Source: Camelus ferus
Taxonomy: Eukaryota
Length of the DNA stretch: 64,000 nt
Direction of reading: 5' to 3'
NCBI RefSeq assembly: GCF_009834535.1
Contig: NC_045696.1
Location: 66,466,001 to 66,530,000, forward strand
Below the pieces are notes generated by a model. The model made no database searches, was not told the origin of the DNA, and was given only the letters and a program-made list of their open reading frames with translations. A program made the translations under genes and the position numbers. Below, one piece after another: positions 39,611 to 51,389 of this stretch. Each line of letters starts with the position of its first letter. The stretch's first letter is position 1.

Positions 39611-41219
39611 ATACTTTCTATAAAGTCACACAGGGTTTGTGCAGAGGGAGATAAGGTACTAGGACATGCAGAAGGTTTGAAAGCACATGGCAGTTTGGGG
39701 ATTAGCAGAAAGTTTGGTATGGCTACAACCTGTAAGCTTTTGATTCGATGCCAATGCCACTTCTTCCCCTAAGTTTTCTTAGATCCTTCTACCAGAAGCC
39801 ATCTTTGCAGGCTCTGCATTTTTACAGCACTTTGAATTCAGTGTAACAGGTACAGCTTCTACTTTGTATTGCAGTCCTGTGCGTCATGTTTGTCTCCTAC
39901 ACAACATTGTGCGTTCCCAGGGATAAGGATTCTGGCTTATTCATCTCCCCTTTCCCCTGGAATACCTATTTTGACAGTAGATATCCACAGATATAAATTT
40001 AATTGACATATATTAAATGATGTGGAAATGTCATAAAGCATCCTGGCACTTTGCCCTCAGTCTCACAGCAGGACTCCCTAGCCAGCGTGCTTCAAAACCT
40101 TCCACAAGTAGATTAATAACTCTGGACTCCAAAGTCTTTATCTGAAAAGAGAGACAAAACTTATAGCAAAAGTCTAGGCAGATGACCCAAGTGCAAATTC
40201 TGGAATACTGAACATCCCAAGTGTTCAGTACATACTCAGCTCCAAAGTGGAGCTGTTGCATCAGTGAGATAAACCAAATGAGTGAGGTTTGGTGGAGAAA
40301 AGTAATATAAGCATGATTCTTTGGGGGCCCTTGGAGTTACAGAGCCAAGGTGTTTATAGCCAGATTGGTCAAACCCAACAAAATGAATAAAGGAACGAGC
40401 ATGAAACTCTGACAGCCTCCTGGGCAGAGTGGTGATTGTACACGAAAGCCTTCTTTGGGGAAGTCCTACCAACTACATGATAGGTGTTCTTTCCTGTTGC
40501 CCTTCCCTCTCGCTCACCATCTTAGTGGCCAGGGAGACTCTGGTGGAATTGCCACAAGCACTAGGAGACCACAGGAATGCTTCCAGGAGGCAGGCTGCAG
40601 AATAAGGGTCCAGTGCATAAGCTCTCAGGAATCCTTGTGAGTGCGAAGCCAAGGAACAGGAAAGAAGGGAACACCTTGGCTCAGAAGGTACTCCTGACAG
40701 AGGAACAGGAAAGCCTCCAGCTAGTCCTGTGGAGTCTGGCAGCCATTTCTGTCAGCTTTCCCATTCCTAGATTGGTGCTCATTGCTTCAATCCTGGGGGT
40801 GCTGGATTTCTTAAACTGCCTCTTTGTTAACTCTTACCATAGGAATTTATATCTGAAAACCGTCTGAGTTGTTGGGACATTTGTACGAGATAAGGAAACT
40901 GGGGCTCATCACACGGTTGGTAAACTGACAGAGGCAGGACGGAAGTCCAGCTACTCCTTCCTCCAACAATTCTCTGGGTCCTGTAAGACCCTCGTCTGCA
41001 CAGAAAGGTGGGCTATTCATTGTTTCCTTGCCCCTACCGGCTGCCGCCATGTACAGACACACACTCACACAAAGTGGGATGAGAAGGCAAGGGAGGGACC
41101 TTCCTTAGAAAGGGGCGGTAAACTTTGACTCCCCAGGCCCAGGGCTGAGTCCATCCTTTGCCTTTTCACAGCTCTGTACACTTGGACCCATCATTTTTCT
41201 CCTCAAGCCTCCCAGCTGG

Positions 41220-42420
41220 CCCAGTCGGCCCTCTGGGGCTTTCACCACAGCCCGCGAAGGAGCTTCCGTGCTTCCTGGAAAGGTGAGAAACTCTGCAAAC
41301 TGCGAGGTCACGTGCGAATTCCAGAAAATGATGAGAGCCCTAACCTCACCAAGCCGGATGTTCTTCCTCTCTGAAAAGGGAGTCGTCGTATCCATCCTGC
41401 CACCTCCAAGGGACCCCACGCGTCAGGCGCTCCGCCCCAGGCTGGCCCCCAGCGGCGCTGGCTCCCTGGCACGGGCTGGGGCGTGCAGCCCCTGGCTTCC
41501 CGGCGGCCGAGGCCCGGAGGCTGCAGGGCGCGCGCTGAGCGCCGGCGAGCGGCCCGCGGACGCTCGGGCAGCAGGAGGAGCGTGTGAGCTGTGGGCGTCG
41601 CTTTAAGAGCGGCCGGCCGAGCCGACCTCCGCCTCTCAGTCTGCCGAGCGCCGCTGGTCACCTGAGCCTCACAGGGCAGCCGGCTGGCGGCGGGGCCGGT
41701 GCTGTCGCCCACGGAGCCGGGAGACGGGGCCCGGACGCCAGGTGCCCCGAGCCGACTGCGAGCGTGGCCGGCCGGCGCCTCTCCGCGGCGGAGGATGCGG
41801 GAGCGCATCTGGGCGCCGCTGCCGCTGCTGCTGCCCTGGCTACTGCTGCCGCCGCCGCTGTGGGGCGGCCCCCCGGACAGCCGGCGCCTGGAGCGGGAGC
41901 CTGAGCCCGGGCCTCTGCAGCCGTTCGACCTGCTCTACGCCAGCGGCGTGGCCGCCTACTACGGCGGGGACTACGAGCTGGCCGTGCGCGACCTGGAGGC
42001 GGCTCTGCGCAGCCACCGGCGCCTGAGGGAGATCTGCACGCGCTGCGCCCGCCACTGCACCGCGCGCCGCCCGCTCGCGCCCCCGGGCGCCGGCCCCGGG
42101 GCCGAGCTGCCCTTCTTCCGCGCGCTGCTCGAGCGCGCGCGCTGCTACCGCAGCTGCCAGAGCCAGCGCCTCGGGGGCCCCGCGTCCCGCCACCGCGCCA
42201 GTGAGGATGTGCGCAGCGACTTCCAGCGCAGAGTGCCCTACAACTACCTGCAGCGGGCCTACATCAAGGTACCCAGAGCGCACACCTCACGCCCCCGCGG
42301 CTCCGCGATGCTCTCGAGCACTCCCTGCCGCTCCCGTCTCCTGGCCGTGGCTTTGCTTCCTAGCCGGTCAGAGTGGGTCTCCTTTAACGATTCTGTCTCG
42401 TGTGCGTGAATCTAGGCATC
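41220..42420. promoter_or_regulatory. P3H2: CpG island containing the P3H2 promoter, 5' UTR and exon 1
   Basis: Abrupt switch to very GC- and CpG-rich sequence in an otherwise AT-rich, CpG-depleted window. GC box CCGCCC 41432-41437, TATA-like TTTAAG 41602-41607, E-box GTCACGTG 41307-41314, GAS-type TTCCTGGAA 41272-41280. Confidence 0.92.
41795..42268 (+). CDS. P3H2: Prolyl 3-hydroxylase 2 (leprecan-like 1), first coding exon, 158 codons, phase-0 donor
   Basis: Translates MRERIWAPLPLLLPWLLLPPPLWGGPPDS...LQPFDLLYASGVAAYY...CARHC...CYRSC...SEDVRSDFQRRVPYNYLQRAYIK, matching my recollection of the mammalian P3H2 N-terminus (signal peptide, leprecan CXXXC motifs). ATG context gaggATGc. Similarity ends at AAG|GTACCC (GT at 42269-42270). 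Confidence 0.97.
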
Positions 42421-42960
42421 TGGTGGTCCGAGCTCTATAACCAACACTAGATAAACGTGGGCAAGCTATTAGCTTTTCGGCATCCACTTCTCTTTCAAAA
42501 AGAGGACTGCACTGATAAGATGATGTTTAAAGTACCCGTTCAGTGCTCATGTCTGAACGGTGGCAGAGCCGGGTCTGGTGTAAGATCTCTCGCTCCATGC
42601 CCTGGTCTAACTTCACCCGCGTTTCTCTTCCATCTCCCCTCCCTTATCTCTCTTACACTCTACTCCGCACCTTGTCTTTGAAGATTAAAAGAAAGCGTCC
42701 TCAGAACAGCCGAGTTAAAAGTAGACTTGTTCTGAAACAAATTCCTCTACCTTTCCCCACCTGCACTTACAAAAAAATGGGGTGGGGTGGGGAGGAGATC
42801 AAAGGTTAAAGAGAAGGTATGCGTGGAAGAGGTGACTCTGTGAGGCAATCTCACTAAAAGTATCTTCCCAAAGTGCTGACTCTTTCTTCTTTGATAGAGA
42901 GCTTCCAGTTTCTGAAGGTAAGTATTGGACTGAGTTATTTCCACATCAGGTATCCTCTCC

Positions 42961-42963
<3 letters not shown>

Positions 42964-43025
<62 letters not shown>
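42964..43025. repeat. (TG)31 microsatellite in P3H2 intron 1
   Basis: Uninterrupted TG run, read directly. Confidence 0.97.
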
Positions 43026-43027
<2 letters not shown>

Positions 43028-44309
43028 CAACTTGCCTGAAATAGTGGCCAGAGGTAGACAGTGCATATTGACATTTTCCCCACATTTACAATTTTGAAGA
43101 TCTTTGTAGGTGCTTCAGCAGAGAGAATTTAGCCTGTATTCCTCAACCTCCCACTCTCACTCCATCCATGTTGCTCTGAACTTAACCCTTTCTCCTTCTT
43201 CGGCCTTCCGATGTCAATATATCAATGTCTCTTCTACAGCTGTCAAGAAGTGGCAGCTTTGGGGTTGGTTGGTCATGCCAAACAATGGACCAGGCTGCAC
43301 TTCTGGGGTGGCGAAAATACATACCATGTGCAGATCATTCAAATGCCTTTTGCAGCTCATTCCGCACATTCTCTGCCCGCATAGTTGGTAGGTCTCTGGA
43401 GATTTGCAGTTGTCGGTGGCATTCAGGAAATCGCAGCTGGAACTAACTTCACTCCCAGTGCCCTGGCTAAGGTACTGGAGTTCGCTAAACATAGTATCTT
43501 GGGCAAGAAGTAAAGGGGAAAGCCTGAACCCTTTCCAGGCTTTGTCTTCTACTTGCTTGTGCCTTCTGATGGATTTGCTGGGGCATGTATTAGATGTAAA
43601 TCTGATTTCTTTTAAATGAGTGGCACAGTTTTTGGTGGTCTTACAGAAATCAGTCAATAGTAGGCAGAGAGGGGACCCTGAGTACCTGACAGCTGAAGAT
43701 ATACTAAAGCTAGTTCCCAGAGCAGAACGTGGGTGGTCGATTTTGGTCCCTGTAACACTGTCTTCCCAGGAGGCTCAGATGTGAGGCTGGCAGTCCTGCT
43801 GATTGTTCTGTCACACATTTTGGGCGCATTTTCCTTTCTCAGGCCTGGAAAAGGAATGCATATTTATTTTCAGTCCTATACAAATAAATAACTGTGAGAT
43901 AACCCTCAAAATGTGAGTTTCTTTGGTTCTGTAATTAAGCTTGCTTCATGGCTGATGCTAACATTTATCATTCCCCTGCTCCCAGCTCCTGGTTGGAGGT
44001 CAAAGAAGATGAAGCTATAGTTAACATGCCCCAGTTTTTTTGCAGTGAGTTGATTACCGGAGTTAGTCACTCGTGGGCAGCTCTGTGGGTGAACTACTGG
44101 GTGTGGTCGGATGAGCCAATGAAGTTGAAGAAGTCCTTTCAAAGATATGTGAGTTCATGTGCTAATTTCTGTTTTACCAGCAGTGTTTCTGAGAGCAGAA
44201 CAAATCATGCATCTCCTCCCTGTTCACTTCCATTCTGATAGACAGTTTCTTGGATCTACATAATTGATAATCTCTTGAGGAGGAAATATTTTTAACCCTT
44301 TGGAGATTC

Positions 44310-44455
44310 TTTTTTTTTTTTTTTTTTTGGTGGCTTGTGGGGAGGTAATTAGATTTATTTATTTACTTACTTATTTTAAGGGAGGTACTGGGGATTGAAC
44401 CCAGGACCTTGTGCATGCTAAGCACAGACTCTACCACTGAGCTATACCCTTCCCC
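44310..44455 (-). mobile_element. tRNA-derived camelid SINE (Vic-1-like), well preserved
   Basis: Reverse strand GGGGAAGGGTATAGCTCAGTGGTAGAG...GGTCCTGGGTTCAATCCCCAGTACC with A box TAGCTCAGTGG, B box GGTTCAATCC and poly(A). Degenerate TSD tggagattc / tggaaatcc. Confidence 0.92.
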
Positions 44456-45769
44456 TGGAAATCCATTTTTGATGGATGGCATTTGCAGGGAAATCTTTAT
44501 AAAACACTGAATAAAGTCATGGTTCTCCCTCCCTCCTTCCAAGAATGCCACAATTTTAAACTTTGCTTGACTTCTTGGGGATTTCACTCATAAACACACA
44601 TACACAGTCTTTTGAGAGTAAAATAAAACTCTCAACTGATAGTATCTTTGGGGCTTTGACAAGTTCGGATCCTCAAGTGTTTATTCCCTAATGATAAAGG
44701 CGTTCCTAGCATGTGCCTGCATATATGATCATGGTATCTTGTGTTGCTGAATTACTTTGCTCATCAGTGATCCAGTTTGCACTTGAAAAGGATAATTCTG
44801 GACCAGATTAAATTCAGTGAGGACTTTGCAGCCAGGATTTGAGAACTGTGAATCCTGTAATACAGTCAGAACTAGTGGGCTTCCTAGAGATAAGGAAGTA
44901 CATTTATTTTCAGCTAGGGATTTATAAACTGTAAAAGCTCTTGGGAGAGAGTGCTCCTTTCCTAAATCCAAGTTAGTGAGCCACTGATGGAAACAAATTC
45001 TTTATGCTGGAGTGTTGGAAGGGAAAGATTGAGAATTGTGAAGTCTGAGGCCCTGCTGAGGTCAATTTCTCATTTCACAGATGGGGAAAGGAGATGGAGA
45101 GAGGGATAGGGGCTCACTCAGTGTCACATATGATTTGATTTGATGAAATGAGCACAGACTAGGAATCAGGGCTCTGGATTCTGCCAATAACAGATCATCC
45201 CCGTGCACACCCACTGCCCCATGGGGTCACCTCAGGTCCCAGGGAATGCTGAGTCCCCAGGGCTATCCTTGTGCCAGATTTGGACAGCTCCAGGGATGAG
45301 TCAGTTCTTGCCTGTGGGTAACAGACACTCAGGGCATTTATCTTAAGGGCTGTTCTGCAAAATCTTCCTTAAGGCCTGGCATGTTGGGAATCCATCTGGA
45401 CAGCTCTGTGGTGGTAGCTCACTCAGCTCTTAGTCTCACCTTTTTGTTTAAAGGCAGGACGAGACGCTTCAAACTTTTGAATTTCATTATTTCAGATTGT
45501 AAGATATAACTCAGGATTCATAGTCCAAGACCTATGATAAAGCTTTTATCAGAGTAGCATCTGCTTGGAAACCATCACTCCTTCACTGGTTCCCCCTTGC
45601 TACTGTATATAGCCTGTAGTGTTTAATACAGCGCCCACAGCCTGGCTGCCTGTAACCTTACCAGCCCAGTCTGCCCCCGACTCTGCCTTCCTTCAGCCAG
45701 AGGGAACAATGGACGCTTATCCCATGTGTCTGACACTTTTGCCCATCTGGGCTCTGTTTATTCTGCAGG

Positions 45770-45960
45770 AGGCGTGTAGGCTCTGGAATGGGCTAGATCT
45801 GGGATTGAACTTTAACCCTTCAATCTCTAGCTCTGTGAGCAAATCGTAGGGACTTTCTAAGCTGTGGTTTCCTCATTGGCAAAATGGGGAGATAACAGGA
45901 GCTACTGATTTGTTTAGGTTTAAGAGAGGATTTATATCACGCACCCAAGACAGGGCCTAT
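45770..45960 (+). mobile_element. MIR SINE
   Basis: taggctctggaatgggctagatctgggattgaac...ctagctctgtgag...gtttcctcattggcaaaatggggagataac. Confidence 0.7.
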
Positions 45961-48900
45961 TTCTTTTCCAGAAACACTGGAGATGTGTCTCTTCTTATTA
46001 TTAGGTTATAATAGTAGATTTTCCCACCTCCTTCTCCACATGTTCAAATGGTAACTATGCCAACACAAATATACCTATTTCTGTGAGGCCCTCTTTCACT
46101 CGCTCTGCAAACCCCAACAATCCATCATTTCTCCCTCCTCTGAGTGTCCACAGTAAAGAATATGTTCCTCTCGTATCATGTTTCACTTTTAACTTTGTTT
46201 TGGAGAAATTCATATATTTGTTCATCACTTATGTGGGCTCCTTGAGTTAAAAGAACGATCATAGTCATTTTTGCATCTCTTAAAGCATGTGTTTTCAGGT
46301 CTGGAAGAGTACTATTAGATGGATGATTATTATTAATCACCTGGGTGTTAAAAGCATGATTTAAAATTAGAGATTTAGGTTCAGTAGGTCTCAGTTGGGT
46401 CTCAGCATCTATATTCCCCCCAAATACCTAACACAGGGGAAGTAGCTGTAAATGCTCAGTGTATGTTTGTTGAATGAATAATAGTTTGGCTGCTTGTGTA
46501 TGAAATATTGTTGAGAAGGATTTCTGCATGGTGGCAGGAGGTATTCCCAAATTAGTTATCTGGTTTCCTGGCTGGTCAGTTGGGGGAGAAAGTTACAGAA
46601 GGACTGTAGATTGTTTGACTTTTCACTCTATTCTACTTGCAACTACTGGCTAATGTTGCAAACCACACCCCCCCCATCTTTTCCCCTAGTTTAATCCTTA
46701 TTTCCTAAAACTATGCTTCAGAAAATTCTTGACGCACTAAGCCTGCTTTATGTACATTTGTGGAATTTAAACAAATGTAAGAGAGAGAGAGAGCCTTTTC
46801 TTTTTTTCTTATCTGTGTGCTTTATCATCAGGAATACTTTGACAGTATCTGTTTTTCTTTCAGTGTTCCCAGCCATTTAGTAAAAAGAAAACAATTAAAA
46901 AAAAGACAACTACTGTGGTTTACTTATTTAGATTTTTTTTACTTAAAACAAGCTTGCCCCTCTGTGTTTTGTTTCTCAGTTGGTGCTTTGTGCCATTTGG
47001 CCTTTGTTTTTCTTCTTAGGATTAGAGGAAGGAAAAAAAGGAGATGCAATTAAGTTAGGCAATTCTGTCTCCCTCCTAGAGTCCTCTCCCTCAACTTCCG
47101 TTTTCTTGACCACAATTTATTTTATTAGTGTTTTCTACTAACGAAAAAGGTTGGCTTAAAGATTTTTTTCACTTTTACTCTGCTTTGTCAACTTCTTTCT
47201 CTTTCTAGATGAATGCCTTAAAAGAAAATGAGTTTGAAACCTAGGCCACGTGATATGTGCATAATATATATTCTATTAGTTCTGAATAAAACCCTTTTTC
47301 AAATCCCATATTTAAATCTCTTTTTTCCTATATGTAGACTAGGTACATTTTGTCCTCAAATTATTTCAAATAAGAAGTCGGTTTTATGTCTTCTTGAAAT
47401 AGTTGATCTGAAATTTCCTAGTGGTTATTTCCTCAAAGGATGAGGCTTTTGTGTTTCTTTTCTTTCTTCCTTTTTTTTTTTTTTTTTTTTGGTGCTTGAG
47501 TCATCAAAACCCACTAGTCACCATCTTTCTGTCCCACGTCTTAGGAAGGAAACCTGGGAGCATCTATGTGTAGCCAACTCTTCAGTCCTGTGTGCTAAGG
47601 AGCTAGAATTTCAACTGATTCCTGCTAGGAGGTTGACCATTTGAAGGCTCAGTCAGCAGTTTATCCATCATCCAGTGTGACTGCCAACAGTAAGTGCCAC
47701 AGCAGCTTCAGATTCTATGAGACGACGGGAGCGATTGCTCACAGGCTTTCTCCTGTGAGCAGTGAAGCAGGGGTGAGAGAGGGAGGGATAAGTAGTTTGC
47801 TTATGAAATGTGGTCTGGTGAAGGTGAGGAGTGGTAATTATTAAAACTGTAAAAATGCTACAGCTTGGAGGAGCCTCGGAGATCATGAAGACGTCTATCA
47901 CATACTAACTGATGACACCGGCCTCAGAGATTCCGTGACAAATCAAGGAGGGTCACCACATGGAGCTGGCTCCAGAACATGATATTTTAATTTTATAGTC
48001 CAATACTCTTTCCAGACTCTATGTAATGGGCATGGCTACCTCTTGGGGGGCAGTCTGGTGAATCAGTGGTGCCACTGAGACCCGCAGTCCACCCGGTGCC
48101 TCTAGAGACAGAGCAGACTTGAGGCCCAGCTTCCTGGATGGCCTCGCCCACCCTGCATTTCATTCCCATGCTCTGTGAGCCACTTAGCCAAGAGTCACAG
48201 TTGTCTGGTGGAAAATTTTGCATTTCTCATTAGGAAAAGTAATTTCTCCTGCCTTTTTTTTTTTTTCCATTCAGCTTTTCTCCTATAATTCTTTTTCTGT
48301 CCTTTTATTCATCTCGCCTTTCCTGCTGTCTGACTTCCTAGCTATGTAACTTCCATGAGAGCTGGCCCTCATTTGCCAAATGGCCCAAACACATCTTTCA
48401 AAAAAACGATTTGGAGTCAGCTGTCTGCGTGGTATGCCTCAGTCCGGGTTTCAGTGCTGGAGAGGGCTGCAGACGGCCGTCAGGAGAGGCTGATTGCACT
48501 TGACCATGCCCCTCTCTGCTTTCCTTTGTTTTCTGTATTTGTTTTTCTCTTTCTCTCTCTCATTTTCCATTCCTTGTCCTATCGGTGATCTCCACAGTGG
48601 AATTGCATCCACAGCGGGGAAGGCTGCAGGGGTCGGTCTAGGGAAGAGGAAAGCAGGTAGCGGCAGAACCAACGTCGGGGTCTGGTTCTGATTGAACGGA
48701 GGCCACAGAGCTGCTTATTTAATTTGATGGCTGGACATAGGCATCTCCTTCTGTGACATTACTTTTATATCCCTTTCCCCCATATGACTTGTGCAGGATT
48801 TGGGCATGTTTCGGAAAGATACTCATTTTCCCTTTCCTCTCAGCCCCCCATAGTTCTGCAACTGCTTCCTGCCACAGTCGTAGAACATTTGTGTTCCGAT

Positions 48901-49958
48901 CCTCCCATTTCAGAGATGGGAAAATAAAGTCTGGAAAAGACTCAAGTTGTCCAAATGTATCCAGCCATTTAATGGAAGAGCCACAATCAGAATCCAAGAA
49001 CCCTGAGTCGAACCTCTATGACATTGTTATGACCACTATTTGTAAAACACACACTGGAAACACAAACTCCACAATATCGATACAAAACACAGAGCATGCC
49101 ACTTCCTTTATTTGCCAAATGGGGTAGACCCTGAAAATAAAAGCTACCTGATACAATGTTATTCCTTGCACGACTGTTCTTCCCACTTTCGGGGAAAACT
49201 CAGAAACAGGAACCTGGATTGTCGCTGTTCCCCAGTAAGCCTAATGAAAATGAATCAGGCAAAGGATCTTCTTTGGAAGGGAAATGAAGACATCAGAGCC
49301 AGCAGGACAGAGATCCAAGATGTCAGATTTTCCAGAAGTTCAGCGCGATCAGCATGATCCTGCTGGAATTCATTATCTGCAAAGAATGGATTCAGTTTTT
49401 GGGCAAGTAATGGGACACTGCTGAAGACTGTGGTGTCATTATACTGGAACTCAGGAAAGAGATGGATAAAAGCAAAACACATAATAAAATAAATACATCT
49501 GGAACAAAGCAGAGAAACTGTTAACAAACCCTGAATCACAGGAAAGTTAATTGAGGCAATTTCGATTTATTTTTCCTGCCTGAATGTGAAATTTTTAGCC
49601 TTCACTCTGCCAAGATCAATAGGCTTGCATGAAGAAATCAACACGTAATTGGGACACCAGACACAGTGAATTAGCTTAAAATCAGATTCGGCTGATTTCA
49701 AAAATGATCTCAAATTATAATATCAAAAACTAATCCAGAAGACCATACAAATGGTTTCCCTGCTGAGTGGAACAATTTCTTCCTAAGATTTTTCAGATTG
49801 CATGCAGGATCAACAGTCAGCATTTGGCTGTGGCACATGGCATTTAGAGACGCCCCCAGGGACGGAGGCTTTCCTAGTCCGTCACTGTTTCTATAGGGTG
49901 ACCAAGGGCTCAGTTATACAGAGGAGTCTGCAGGTTTTCAGGTCAGTAGGCATTTAAG

Positions 49959-50185
49959 CTGAAGTTTCTCAGCCCTGGCTTATTGATATTTGGGATGAAT
50001 AATTCTTTGTTGTGATGGGCTGTCCCTGGACATTTTAGGATGGTTAGCAGCATCTCTGGCCTCTACGTACCAGACAGCAGTAGCAACACACTTCTTTTCT
50101 CTTCTAAGCTGTGACAATCAAAAATGTCTCCATATATTGCAAGATGTCTCTCTGGGTCAAGAGCACCTCACACTGAGAACCACTG
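49959..50185. mobile_element. MER20 DNA transposon, near full length
   Basis: gtttctcagccctggc...ataattctttgttgtgatgggctgtcc...tagcagcatctctggcctctac...tgtgacaatcaaaaatgtctcc...tgagaaccactg; flanks atttaag / atttaaa. Confidence 0.9.
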
Positions 50186-50809
50186 ATTTAAACACATACC
50201 CGTTTTTAAGATAAACAGACATTTAGACTAGTACAAATCAAGTTTTTGACAGTATATACTAGGTGGCAGTGTGCCCACTGATGAATCATGATATTTATGA
50301 AAATTTTGGCTATAGTTTGAAATCTTTTATGAAGGGAAATCCATTGGAAATAGAGCCTGTCTTTCCAAGATGCAAATCACTAAGCTTATATCCCATAGCT
50401 GGTCCTCTTCCATGGCTTCACTGATTCAGCTTGTAGGAAAGACCAGAGGATCTGCTTCTCTCTATTTATTATTCGAACATGACAGGACAGGTTGCTTTAG
50501 CAAAAATTTAGCAATACACACTAACACCTTTCAGTTGTCAACTCCAAACTCCAGAACGAATGTGTTTCTCCTTCAACTTGGAAAGTACCCAAACCCAATC
50601 ATTTAAAAGTAATCCACTACAACTCTTAGTTTTCTTGGGGTTAGCTCTTTATCAGATATGCTCTTGGAAAGCAGCTTGACTCAAACACAAGATCCCACAA
50701 AATGCCATCTTACAGAAGGCTAGAAAGTAGGGAAAATGAGAGCGAGTCAGAGGAAAGAAGAAAGGAGTGAAAGAGAGTCAGAGCATGTCAGGCCTTGCGG
50801 GCTGGTATA

Positions 50810-51389
50810 ATAGGGTAGCATAGGCTGGTGGTTTATAAACAACAAACATTTAATTCTCAGAGTTCTGGAGGCTAGGAGTCCAGGATCAGGGTACCTGCAG
50901 AATCAGTGTCTGGTGAGAGTCCTGCTTTGCTATAATGTCACATTGCAGGAAGCTTTCTGTAGCTTCTCTTCCACCGCATTTTAAAAAATTGAAATATAGT
51001 TGATTGACAATGTTGTATTAGTTTCTGATGTACAGCATAGTGATTCAGTTATACATATAAATATATACATTTTTTTCATTACAGGTTACTACAAGCCATT
51101 GAATATAGTTCCCTGTGCTACAGCATAGGACCTTGTTGTTTGTCTATTCTATACATAGTCATTTGCATCTGCTAATCCCAAACTCCCAATTTATCCCTCT
51201 CTTCTCCCTTCCCCTTCTGGTAACCTTAAGTTTATTTCCTGAACTATGGGACTTCTCTTTTGTAAGGGCGTGAGTTCCATTCATGAGGGCTCTGCCTTCA
51301 TGATCTAATCAGCGCCAGCCTTCTAATACCTTGGGGGTTAGGTGTTAACATAAGAATTTTGGGGGGACACAAACATTCAGGGCATAGCA
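50810..51389 (-). mobile_element. MLT1A-like LTR interrupted by an L1 3' end
   Basis: ggtggtttataaacaacaaacatttaattctcagagttctggaggctaggagtcc...ttccattcatgagggctctgccttcatgatctaatc...ggggggacacaaacattcagggcatagCA. Confidence 0.85.
50978..51245 (-). mobile_element. L1 3' end inserted in the MLT1A
   Basis: ttgaaatatagttgattgacaatgttgtattagtttctgatgtacagc...gttccctgtgctacagc...ctaatcccaaactcccaatttatccc. TSD core cttctctt at 50963-50970 and 51252-51259. Confidence 0.88.

Noticed and set aside
41699..41794. GTG-initiated 32-codon in-frame N-terminal extension of P3H2 in the ORF track
   Set aside because: Non-AUG start in poor context. It would displace the signal peptide, and open frames are expected in GC-rich UTRs. 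The ATG at 41795 fits the known protein.
41105..42440. Multiple overlapping ORFs on both strands in the CpG island (e.g. 41308-41808 minus, 41840-42283 minus, 41742-42026 plus)
   Set aside because: Stop-codon scarcity in GC-rich DNA and shadows of the real CDS. Products are low-complexity Ala/Arg/Gly/Pro with no recognisable family.
42779..42795. G-quadruplex candidate ggggtggggtggggagg
   Set aside because: Only three full G-runs plus GG; too weak to call.
44380..44455. Possible tRNA gene (A and B boxes), also at ~18610-18684
   Set aside because: Followed by a SINE tail with poly(A) and present in several diverged copies, some with TSDs. These are SINE heads, not tRNA genes.
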